64,000 bases of DNA, from NCBI GenBank assembly GCA_049515535.1, contig JBEKTZ010000005.1, forward strand, positions 1 to 64,000, given 5' to 3'. Of the stretch, positions 37,601 through 46,160 are shown one piece after another. Under the pieces are notes generated by a model. The model made no database searches, was not told the DNA's origin, and saw nothing but the letters and a program-made list of their open reading frames with translations. Both the position numbers and the translations under genes were made by a program. The stretch is from Candidatus Aminicenantales bacterium. Lineage in GTDB: Bacteria > Acidobacteriota > Aminicenantia > Aminicenantales > UBA4085. How positions within the stretch are numbered: position 1 is the first letter of the stretch; every line of letters begins with the position of its first letter.

Positions 37601-38599
37601 ATGAAAAAAGAGGCCGCGAAAAAGGGCGCCGGGCCCTCCCGGGCCCCGACGCCGCTCGGGACCCTCCGCCGCCCCCATCCGAATTATATCTATGGTCCGG
37701 TCCCTTCGCGCCGTTTGGGTTTTTCCCTGGGGGTGGACATTCTTCCCTTCAAAACCTGTTCCATGGACTGCGTCTATTGCCAGCTCGGCGCTGTCTCGAA
37801 AACGACCGTCCGGAGAAAGGAATATGTCCCGGCCCGCGAGGTCTTCGCCCAGATCAAGGCCGCCCTGTCGAGCCGCCGAAGAATCGACGCCGTCACGTTC
37901 TCCGGATCGGGAGAGCCCTGCCTGAATTCCGGGATCGGTCTCGTCATCCGCGGCCTGAAAAAAATCACGGATATCCCGGTCGTCGTTCTCACCAACAGCT
38001 CCTGTCTCGCGAGCGAAAGATGCCGGCGCGAACTCGCCGAGGCGGACATCGTCGTGCCGTCCCTGGATGCCGCGACCGCCCCGATATTCAAGAAGATCAA
38101 CCGCCCGCATTCCGGCCTCGAGATAGGCGGAATCATCGACGGGCTGGCCCGTTTCCGCCGCGAATACAAAGGCCGGATCTGGCTCGAAATCATGCTGGTC
38201 AAAGGGCTTAACGATTCGCCCGCGCATCTCAAGAAGCTGAAAGCGGCCGTCTCCCGGATCAAGCCGGACAGGATCCAGCTCAACACCGTGGTCCGGCCGC
38301 CCGCCGAGAAGTCGGCCCGGCCGCTCGGCCGGCGCGAGCTCGAAAAAATCCGGGCCTTTTTCGGCCCGAAGGCCGAGATCATCGCCGATTTCAAGACCAG
38401 GGAGCAGAAGGCTGATTCCGGCGATATCGGGGAGGCCATCCTGGCCACGGTCCGACGCCGTCCCGTGACGGTTCGAGATATTTCCCTTTCGTTGGGAAGG
38501 TCGATCGTTGAGATCCGCAAATGCGCCGATGAGCTCGTGGAGCAGGGCCGGCTGAAACGCATCATCCACAAAAAAGCGGAATATTACGAGCACCGCTGA
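37601..38599 (+). CDS. Radical SAM protein (COG0731-like)
   Basis: YGPVPSRRLG.SLG, CSMDCVYCQLG, SGSGEP, VPSLDA, QLNT..RPP. Confidence 0.85.
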   Translation: MKKEAAKKGAGPSRAPTPLGTLRRPHPNYIYGPVPSRRLGFSLGVDILPFKTCSMDCVYCQLGAVSKTTVRRKEYVPAREVFAQIKAALSSRRRIDAVTFSGSGEPCLNSGIGLVIRGLKKITDIPVVVLTNSSCLASERCRRELAEADIVVPSLDAATAPIFKKINRPHSGLEIGGIIDGLARFRREYKGRIWLEIMLVKGLNDSPAHLKKLKAAVSRIKPDRIQLNTVVRPPAEKSARPLGRRELEKIRAFFGPKAEIIADFKTREQKADSGDIGEAILATVRRRPVTVRDISLSLGRSIVEIRKCADELVEQGRLKRIIHKKAEYYEHR

Positions 38600-38607
38600 A
38601 GGGCGGA

Positions 38608-38919
38608 TTGATCCCTGATCGTGAACATTCATATGCATCCGGGACGGCCGTCAAGGGACGAGCCTTCGCGGCGGAAGTGGACCCCCGCGTAAAGCCCGGG
38701 GCCCCGGCCGCCGTCGAGGTCACGTCCATCGTCCGGATCACCGACGGGTCCGACGCCTCCGCCCCGAAAAAAGAATTCACCCTGGGCTCGGGCAAGCCCG
38801 GCCAGACGACACTTCGGCTCCGGAAGACGTTCAAAGACATCGGCGGCGGAAAGAACAAGAAATTTGGAAAATGGCTGACCTATGTGAACGGGGGAGGCCG
38901 GGAACGGGCGCATCCATAA
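38608..38919 (+). CDS. Possible small hypothetical protein or gene fragment
   Basis: Fills the gap with host-like codon usage; weak start, no recognisable motif. Confidence 0.3.
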   Translation: MIPDREHSYASGTAVKGRAFAAEVDPRVKPGAPAAVEVTSIVRITDGSDASAPKKEFTLGSGKPGQTTLRLRKTFKDIGGGKNKKFGKWLTYVNGGGRERAHP

Positions 38920-39000
38920 CCTCCGCACCAAACCTTTCCTCAGATATTGTTGTCCATTGACATCCTTTTTGGTTATAATGGCTCCCTTCGGGAAAATCCT

Positions 39001-40086
39001 ATGATCAAGCCAAGGGATTTTTTAAAGGCCATCAGCCCTTACAACCCGGGTCGGCCTATCGAGGAGGTCGCCCGGGAACTGAAGCTCAAGGGCGAAATCA
39101 TCAAGCTGGCCTCGAACGAGAATCCCCTGGGAACCTCCCCCCTCGCCCTTCAAGCCATTCGGAAAGCGTTGAAGGAATCCTATCTCTACCCGGACGACAA
39201 CTGCTACTACTTCCGCAAAAAGCTGGCCGAACGATTGAACGTCGGCCCCGAGAACATCTTCGTCGGCAACGGATCCGTCGAGCTCCTTCCCCTGGCCACG
39301 CTGGCCTATCTTGACCCCGAGCACAGCGCGGTCGGAAGCGAGGGGGCCTTCATCTGGTTCAAAATCGCCGCCCATATCGCCGCGAGCGAGCTGATCGAAG
39401 TGCCGATGAGAAACCACACCCATGATCTCCCGGCGATGCTCAAGGCCGTCAAGCCGAATACCCGGATGCTCTATATCGCCAATCCCAACAACCCCACGGG
39501 GACGATCGTCGACAAGGACGAGGTCGAAGAATTTTTCCGCCGCGTTCCCGATGATATCCTGGTCATCATGGACGAGGCCTACATCGAATACATCGATGAT
39601 CCCCGCTATCCGGATTCCTTCAAATATCTTCGGGATGGGAAAAATATCCTGATCCTCCGCACGTTCTCCAAGATCTACGGCCTGGCCGGAACCCGCCTCG
39701 GATACGGGATCGCCCCCAAAGAGATCATCGCCGGCCTGGCCAAGCTCCGCATCTCCTTCAACGTCAACCGCCTGTCCCAGGTCGCCGGGCTAGCCGCCCT
39801 CGACGATGAGCGCCATGTTCGGAGAAGCCGGGCCGTCAACGAAGCCGGGAAGGCCTATCTGTACGAAGCCTATGGAAAATTGGGCCTCTTTTTTCTCCCG
39901 ACCTTCGCCAATTTCATCTTCGTCGATTTCGACAGAGACAGCCAGATTGTTTTTGAAGCCCTCCAAAAAAAGGGTATTATCACCCGGACGATCAAGGAAT
40001 ACGGATTTCCCCAGGCCCTGCGCATCACCATCGGCACCGAAGAACAGAACCGAAAGCTCATCCGGGCCCTGAACAGCGTTCTTTAA
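39001..40086 (+). CDS. hisC: Histidinol-phosphate aminotransferase
   Basis: KLASNENP, NPNNPTG, DEAY, RTFSKIYGLAG.RLGY, RITIG. Confidence 0.92.
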   Translation: MIKPRDFLKAISPYNPGRPIEEVARELKLKGEIIKLASNENPLGTSPLALQAIRKALKESYLYPDDNCYYFRKKLAERLNVGPENIFVGNGSVELLPLATLAYLDPEHSAVGSEGAFIWFKIAAHIAASELIEVPMRNHTHDLPAMLKAVKPNTRMLYIANPNNPTGTIVDKDEVEEFFRRVPDDILVIMDEAYIEYIDDPRYPDSFKYLRDGKNILILRTFSKIYGLAGTRLGYGIAPKEIIAGLAKLRISFNVNRLSQVAGLAALDDERHVRRSRAVNEAGKAYLYEAYGKLGLFFLPTFANFIFVDFDRDSQIVFEALQKKGIITRTIKEYGFPQALRITIGTEEQNRKLIRALNSVL

Positions 40087-40113
40087 TTTTCTTTCACATA
40101 AAGGAGGTCAAAG

Positions 40114-41562
40114 ATGCTCGTCAAGTTAGCCAACGGTAAGGAACTGCCCGTTGAGATGCACAAGGCCAGGATGGTGCAGAAGATCACGCTCATTCCCGCC
40201 GAGGACCGCCTCAAGGCGATCCAGGAGGCCGGATACAACACTTTCCTTCTTAGAACGAGGGATATCTACCTGGATATGCTGACGGACAGCGGCGTCAACG
40301 CCATGAGCGACAATCAATACGCGGCCTTAATGAACGCGGACGACGCCTATGCCGGGAGCCAGACGTTCTATGACTTCGCCGATGTCGTCAAAGACGTCCT
40401 GGGGTATCAGCACGTGATGAACGTCCACCAGGGGCGGGCGGCGGAACATCTGCTCTCCAAGGTCTTTGGAAAACCGGGCGGGGTGACGATCACGAATTAC
40501 CATTTCACGACGACCAAGGCCCACATCGAAGTGACCAGCCAGTCGGTCTGCCTGGAGCTTTACGCCGATGAGGCCTTGAAAACAAAGAGCCAGCATCCTT
40601 TCAAGGGGAACATGGATATTCAGAAACTGAAGGATGCGATCAAAAAATGGGGCGTGGACAAGGTCGGCTTTGTCCGCATGGAGGCCACGACCAACCTTCT
40701 GGGCGGCCAGCCGTTCTCGATGGAAAATCTCAAAGAAGTCCGGAAGATCTGCGATAAGAACGGCCTCCTCCTGATCATAGACGGCAGTCTGCTCACGGAG
40801 AACGCCTACTTCATCTGGAAGCGGGAAAAGGCTTATGCGAATAAGACCATCGCCGAGATCGTCAAGGAAATAGCGGCCCAGGCCGATATTTTCTATATGA
40901 GCGGGCGGAAGAATACCTGCGTCAGAGGCGGCCTGATCGCCACGAACAATAAAGCGCTGTTCGGACAGCTCGAACCCTGGCTGCCGGTCTATGAGGGATT
41001 TTTCACCTATGGCGGCATGTCGATGCGGGAGATCGGGGCCATGGCCGTCGGGTTGAGGGAAATGGTCGATCCCGCCGTCGCGGGCAGTTCCATTGAACAG
41101 ATCAAATATTTCGTCGAAACGCTCGACGGGATGGGGATCCCCGTCGTGACCCCACCCGGAGGATTGGCCTGTCATATCGACGCCCGGAAATTCGCGCCGA
41201 ATCTCGCCAAGGAGGGTTATATCGCGGGGGCCGTCGTGGCCGCCCTCTATATCGCCTCGGGAGTCCGGGCGATGGAACGGGGCACCATTTCCATGGACCG
41301 CGACAAGGACGGGAACGACGTCTATGCCGATCTGGAACTGGCCAGGATCGCCATTCCGAGAAGGGTCTACACCATCTCCCATATCGAATATATCATCGAC
41401 AGGCTCCAGTGGCTCCATAAAAATCGCGAACTGATCAAAGGATTGAAGTTCGTCTCTGAACCGCCCGTCCTCAGATTCTTCCTGGGCAAACTCGACGCCC
41501 TCGACCAGTGGAGCCGGAAACTGTGCGACGCCTTCAAAAAGGACTTCGGCGGGAACTGGTGA
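40114..41562 (+). CDS. Tryptophanase / tyrosine phenol-lyase family beta-eliminating lyase
   Basis: AGYNTFLL, DMLTDSG, DDAYAGS, HQGRAAE, SGRK (PLP Lys), YEGF.TYGG, PRRVY; AAGGAGG RBS. Confidence 0.88.
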   Translation: MLVKLANGKELPVEMHKARMVQKITLIPAEDRLKAIQEAGYNTFLLRTRDIYLDMLTDSGVNAMSDNQYAALMNADDAYAGSQTFYDFADVVKDVLGYQHVMNVHQGRAAEHLLSKVFGKPGGVTITNYHFTTTKAHIEVTSQSVCLELYADEALKTKSQHPFKGNMDIQKLKDAIKKWGVDKVGFVRMEATTNLLGGQPFSMENLKEVRKICDKNGLLLIIDGSLLTENAYFIWKREKAYANKTIAEIVKEIAAQADIFYMSGRKNTCVRGGLIATNNKALFGQLEPWLPVYEGFFTYGGMSMREIGAMAVGLREMVDPAVAGSSIEQIKYFVETLDGMGIPVVTPPGGLACHIDARKFAPNLAKEGYIAGAVVAALYIASGVRAMERGTISMDRDKDGNDVYADLELARIAIPRRVYTISHIEYIIDRLQWLHKNRELIKGLKFVSEPPVLRFFLGKLDALDQWSRKLCDAFKKDFGGNW

Positions 41563-41577
41563 CGAACAGCATCCCAA

Positions 41578-41709
41578 GGGATCTGTGACTCGCCGTTGGG
41601 GACAAGGCTTTGACCGCCGCGGTCAAGCCGAGAGGTCGAGTCCGCTCGCGCTCAGAGTGAGAGAAGGGGGCTGTTTTCGGAGGAACTCCGCGCGCTGGCC
41701 CCATATCCC
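41578..41709. other. GC-rich multi-branch structured intergenic element
   Basis: Ends GGGAT/ATCCC; GACTCG/CGAGTC encloses GGCTTTGACCG-CCG-CGGTCAAGCC; CGGAG-GAA-CTCCG. Confidence 0.65.
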
Positions 41710-41735
41710 GAACTGAAACGAAGGAGGTTTCTGAC

Positions 41736-43079
41736 ATGGCTAAAATCCTCGCCTCAGCCCTGTCCGCCGTCCTGCTCCTGGCTCTTCCCCTGAAGTCCCA
41801 AACCACGAAAGTCTTTCCCTATGACTACAGAATCGAGGAGCTGGAAAACGGACTCAAAGTCGTATCCATTCCGCTCAGCAACCCGAACATCATCTCCTAT
41901 TACACCATCGTCCGGTCGGGCTCCCGGAACGAGATCGAGCCCGGGAAATCGGGCTTCGCCCATTTCTTCGAGCACATGATGTTCAAAGGCACGAAGCAGG
42001 TTCCCAAAACCGCCTACGACGAGTTCCTGACCCGGCTCGGCGCGGGGACCAACGGCTATACGACGGACGATTTCACCTGCTATTTCGTAGTCTTCGCCGG
42101 ACGGGAGAACCTGGAGAAAGTCGTCAAGACCGAAGCCGATCGCTTCATCAACCTGTATTACACCGAGGACGTCATCAAGACCGAGGCCTCGGTCATCGAA
42201 GGCGAATATTATTCGAGCGTATCCAACCCCGATCGGCGTCTCGTCGAGCTCCTCCGCGACACGGCCTTCGAAAAGCACTCTTACAAGCACACGACGCTCG
42301 GATTCCTGAAGGACATCCAGGATCTGCCCAATCAATACGATTACAGCCTCCTCTACAAAAAGCGATTTTATTCGCCCGACAACTCCATCCTCCTCGTCGC
42401 CGGCGACTTCGATCACGCCAAGCTCATGGCCTACGTGAAAAAGTATTACGGAAGCTGGGAAAAGTCGAACTACGCCCTCCAGACGCCGGTCGAGCCGCCC
42501 CAGATCCAGCCCAAACGAAGCCACTACGACTGGCCGACAAAGACGCTCCCAAAGCTCGTCATCGGCTTCCATGGCCCGGCCTATTCCGACGAGACGATCG
42601 ACAAAGCCGCGCTCGATCTCCTCGCGGAGACATCGTTCTCGCCTTCGTCGCCCCTTTATCAGAGACTCGTCATTCAAGAACAGAAATGCTTCTCCCTCGG
42701 AGCGAGCTTCGGCGACACCCGCGATCCCTATCTCCTGATGTTCAATGCCGATCTCAAGAACGACGACGACCTTTCTTATGTCGAAAGCGAAATCCTGAAG
42801 GAGCTGGAAAAGGCCAAGAACGAGCCGGCCCCCGCCCAAAAGCTGGCCGAGATCAAATCCAACATGAAATATTCCATGGCCAACGCCCTGGGAACCACGG
42901 ACGGCATCGCCGGCACGCTGGCCTTTTACATCAACCTGGCCGCCGATCCCGCCACTTTGAATAAGCTCTTTAATCTCTACGAAAAAGTCACGCCCAGGGA
43001 CATCCAGGACGCGGCCAAGAAATACTTCAAAGCGGCGAACTCGACGGTCGTCACCTTGACGGGAGGAAAGGAAAAATGA
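41736..43079 (+). CDS. M16 zinc peptidase, catalytic subunit
   Basis: Signal peptide, GFAHFFEHMMFKGT (HXXEH), NGYT, FYSPDN. Confidence 0.92.
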   Translation: MAKILASALSAVLLLALPLKSQTTKVFPYDYRIEELENGLKVVSIPLSNPNIISYYTIVRSGSRNEIEPGKSGFAHFFEHMMFKGTKQVPKTAYDEFLTRLGAGTNGYTTDDFTCYFVVFAGRENLEKVVKTEADRFINLYYTEDVIKTEASVIEGEYYSSVSNPDRRLVELLRDTAFEKHSYKHTTLGFLKDIQDLPNQYDYSLLYKKRFYSPDNSILLVAGDFDHAKLMAYVKKYYGSWEKSNYALQTPVEPPQIQPKRSHYDWPTKTLPKLVIGFHGPAYSDETIDKAALDLLAETSFSPSSPLYQRLVIQEQKCFSLGASFGDTRDPYLLMFNADLKNDDDLSYVESEILKELEKAKNEPAPAQKLAEIKSNMKYSMANALGTTDGIAGTLAFYINLAADPATLNKLFNLYEKVTPRDIQDAAKKYFKAANSTVVTLTGGKEK

Positions 43080-44614
43080 GGGGCTCCATGAAAACCTATT
43101 TCACCGGCGTTCTTTTAATCGGAATCCCGATCCTCCTGGCGGCCTGCGGCGCAAAAATCGACCCGAACAAGCTCACCTCGGAGCTTTTGCCCCTCGACGG
43201 CAACCCGCTCGTGAGTTTCCGCGTGCTCGTGAAAGTCGGCTCGGCCAACGACCCGTCGGGAAAAGAGGGGCTCTGCCGGCTCACCTGGAGCTTGCTGGCC
43301 GGGGGGGGGAGCAAATCCATAACCATCCGGCAGATCACGGAAAAGTTCTACCCCATGGCGGCGAGCCTCTCGTTGAGCATGGACAAGGAACTGGCCGTGT
43401 TCGAAGGAACGGTTCACAAGGACAACCTGGAAGGATATTACGCGATCATCAAGGATATGCTCCTCGACCCCGGCTTCCGCCCGGACGATTTCAACCGCAT
43501 CAAGACAAACCAGCTCAACTTCGTCGAAAAGACCTTGATCAACAACATGGACGAGACGTTCGGCAAGGAAATCCTGAACCTGATGCTTTACGAAGACCAT
43601 CCTTACGGCCATCATGAAGCCGGAACGGCGGAATCGGTGGCCGGGCTGACCCTTGACGACGTCAACGCTTTTTACAGGGAGCATTTCGTCCAGGGCAACA
43701 TCGTCCTCGGGCTCGCCGGCGGATATCCCGCCGATTTCGCGGCCAAGGTCGCGGCTGATTTCGGAAAACTCCCCCAGACCTTCACGCCGCGCCTAAGCCT
43801 GCCGCCGGCCCATATGCCCAAGGGCCTTGAATTCGTGATCGCCGAAAAGCCGACGCCGGCCACGGCGATCTCCATGGGCTTCCCGATCGCTCTGACGAAA
43901 GCGGACGAGGACTTTTTCGCCCTCTGGATCGCGGGCTCGCACTTTGGGGAGCACCGCCAGCATGTCTCTCTCCTTTTCCAGAAAATCCGCGAGGAACGCG
44001 GCCAGAACTACGGCGATTACGCCTACATCGACCATTTCATCCAGGGCCGCGATAAATTCCCGGCGCCCAACCACGTCCGCCAACAACAATATTTTTCGAT
44101 TTGGATTCGGCCGTTGGCCAACTCCAACCGCCACTTCGTCATCCGCCAGGCTTTGAGGGAACTGAAGAAGCTCGTCGACGATGGCCTGTCCGAAGAGCGC
44201 TTCCAGCTCGTCCGGACGTATCTCCTGAATTACACCAAGCTCTACGCCCAGACGATCGGCGAGAGATTGGGCTGGCAGATGGATTCCGTCTATTACGGCT
44301 ATCCGGACTTTCTCGCCGAAGCGCAGAACGTGCTGCCCAAATTGACGCGGGCGGACGTGAACCGGGCGATCAAGAAATACCTGAACTTCGAGAACGTTTG
44401 CGTCGCCGTGATCACGCAGGACGCCGAAGGTCTGAGGAACGATCTCGTTTCCAACGCTCCGTCGCCGATCAAATACGCCAACCCGAACATGCCCCGGGAG
44501 GTCCTCGACGAAGACACGGTCATCCAGGAATATCCGCTCAGCGTCAAAGCGGATAAGGCGAGAATCGCGCTCGCTGCGGAATTCTTCCAGAAACGCGGGG
44601 TTCCGGCGAAGTAG
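43076..44614 (+). CDS. M16 peptidase partner subunit (no HXXEH), lipoprotein
   Basis: Lipobox LLAAC, GSANDP.GKEGL, IREERGQNY. Confidence 0.85.
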   Translation: MRGSMKTYFTGVLLIGIPILLAACGAKIDPNKLTSELLPLDGNPLVSFRVLVKVGSANDPSGKEGLCRLTWSLLAGGGSKSITIRQITEKFYPMAASLSLSMDKELAVFEGTVHKDNLEGYYAIIKDMLLDPGFRPDDFNRIKTNQLNFVEKTLINNMDETFGKEILNLMLYEDHPYGHHEAGTAESVAGLTLDDVNAFYREHFVQGNIVLGLAGGYPADFAAKVAADFGKLPQTFTPRLSLPPAHMPKGLEFVIAEKPTPATAISMGFPIALTKADEDFFALWIAGSHFGEHRQHVSLLFQKIREERGQNYGDYAYIDHFIQGRDKFPAPNHVRQQQYFSIWIRPLANSNRHFVIRQALRELKKLVDDGLSEERFQLVRTYLLNYTKLYAQTIGERLGWQMDSVYYGYPDFLAEAQNVLPKLTRADVNRAIKKYLNFENVCVAVITQDAEGLRNDLVSNAPSPIKYANPNMPREVLDEDTVIQEYPLSVKADKARIALAAEFFQKRGVPAK

Positions 44615-44718
44615 GGGAAAAAAGGAGCGAGGGCCTTATCGCCGATCAGCCCCGGTCAGCCCCGCCGCGCGGATCAAGGGCGGCCGGCGTTGACGCGGAA
44701 GGAATTATTCGTGATGTC

Positions 44719-45351
44719 ATGAAAGAGACGCCGACGATGTGGACAGCCGGGGAACCCTCATTCCTCAAAAAGCTCGATACGCCGATCGAAATTCAAAATT
44801 ATTTGAACAGCCTACCCTACGATCCCGTGTCGGGGACGGCCTCGCCCCGCCGGGTCATGATGGAAAAGAAGGCCAATTGTCTGGAAGGGGCCTTGTTCGC
44901 CGCAGCCGCCCTGCGCCGCCTCGGATATCCCCCGCGGCTGATCGATATGCGCTCCCGTAACGACGACGACCACGTCCTGGCCGTCTTCCGGCGGAACGAG
45001 GCCTGGGGATGCCTGGCCAAATCCAACTTCACCGTCCTCCGCTTCCGCGAACCCGTCTATCGCACGATCCGGGAGCTCATGATGTCGTATTTCGACGTCT
45101 ATTTTAACTCGATCGGCGAAAAGACATTGCGCGAATATTCCGTGCCGTTCGATCTGAGGCGGTTCGACAAAGACGATTGGATGACGACGGACGATGATTT
45201 GGGCTTTATCGGCGAGGCCCTGGATCGGGCGCGCCACTACAAGGTCATGACTCGGAAAATGATCCGCGACCTGAGGCGCGTCGATCCGGCCCTGGTCAAA
45301 GCGGGACTATTGGGCGCCGAGGCTGTGGGCTTGTTCAAACCGAAGAAATAG
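44719..45351 (+). CDS. Transglutaminase-like hypothetical protein
   Basis: ANCLEGALFAA, DDDHVLAVF...W (Cys-His pattern). Confidence 0.65.
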   Translation: MKETPTMWTAGEPSFLKKLDTPIEIQNYLNSLPYDPVSGTASPRRVMMEKKANCLEGALFAAAALRRLGYPPRLIDMRSRNDDDHVLAVFRRNEAWGCLAKSNFTVLRFREPVYRTIRELMMSYFDVYFNSIGEKTLREYSVPFDLRRFDKDDWMTTDDDLGFIGEALDRARHYKVMTRKMIRDLRRVDPALVKAGLLGAEAVGLFKPKK

Positions 45352-45593
45352 TGCGGCCAGGGAATTCCGGCGTAAAATTCAAGGCGCCCGTTTTTAAGTA
45401 GGAACGAGGGGGAAAAAGCGCACGATCGGCGCCGTTTATTCCATTCAAAGCCCGATTTCCGGTCGGAAGAGGTTATTTAACTCCCTTTTTTGTTCGTTCA
45501 CCTCGAAATTCCGGTCGGACACCCCCTTTTTCTCGGGGAAAAGCGCTTTTAATGCACCCTTAAATGAAATATTCAAATATTTTAAAAAATATG

Positions 45594-45623
45594 TTGCATC
45601 GTTGCCTCGAGTTGTGGTATAAT
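45594..45623 (+). promoter_or_regulatory. Strong sigma-70 promoter with no protein gene before the next terminator
   Basis: TTGCAT-N18-TATAAT with extended -10 TG and an AT-rich UP tract. Confidence 0.65.
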
Positions 45624-45629
45624 ACTTAT

Positions 45630-45886
45630 AAGTTAGTTAGCGGGGGAAGCGAAAATTCAAGAAACGGAAAATGTTTTTTTCTGCAACTTTTCGGCCGTTC
45701 CCCGCGTTTATATAAGTGAAATGGCCAAGATGAAGACGATGAAAGCGGAAATGAAAGCCAAGCCCCTCCTTTTCCCCTCCTCCTCTCATAGGGAGTTCTC
45801 GATAGATTTCGTGTATCTCCCTTAACTCATTCCCCTCGACAGGCTGTCTTTTTCTCAACAAGGAAAAGACAGCCTGTTTCCTTTTC
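45630..45886 (+). ncRNA. Candidate small RNA (about 250 nt)
   Basis: Bounded by promoter and terminator; internal stems; CCUCC-rich tract; only a 34-codon ORF without RBS. Confidence 0.45.
45839..45886 (+). terminator. Intrinsic terminator
   Basis: ACAGGCTGTCTTTT/AAAAGACAGCCTGT stem followed by TTCCTTTTC. Confidence 0.75.
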
Positions 45887-45893
45887 GGCGCGC

Positions 45894-45922
45894 TTGACAT
45901 ACGCAAAAAGAGGGCATATATA
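45894..45922 (+). promoter_or_regulatory. sigma-70 promoter for the riboswitch-btuB unit
   Basis: TTGACA-N17-TATATA. Confidence 0.7.
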
Positions 45923-45929
45923 TAAATCT

Positions 45930-46073
45930 TAAGGTTTAAAAGCAAGGGAAGTCCGTGAAAAACGGACACAGCCCCCGCTACTGTGATCGGGGACGAATCC
46001 CGGACGACGCCACTTTTCCCAAACGGGAATAGGAAGGCCCGGGAGGAGGACGATCCGAGAGTCAGGAGACCTT
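45930..46073 (+). promoter_or_regulatory. Cobalamin (B12) riboswitch
   Basis: AGGT...AGGGAA-GTCCGTGAAAAACGGAC-AGCCCCCGCTACTGTG...GCCACT...GGAAGGC...B12 box GAGTCAGGAGACCT; hairpin plus U-tract at about 46090-46123; upstream of a TonB receptor. Confidence 0.92.
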
Positions 46074-46160
46074 CTTTAAACCTCGCGGCCCGTCTTCGTG
46101 GGGAAGACCGGTTGTTTTTTTTTGGCAAAAGCGGGGGACAACAGAGGAGGTCTTAGCAAC

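Noticed and set aside
43301..43309. G9 tract as a phase-variation switch in the M16 subunit
   Set aside because: It is in frame (Gly-Gly-Gly), and there is no evidence of length variation without reads.
45457..45519. 11-bp direct repeat TTCCGGTCGGA
   Set aside because: Short, only two copies, no supporting context.
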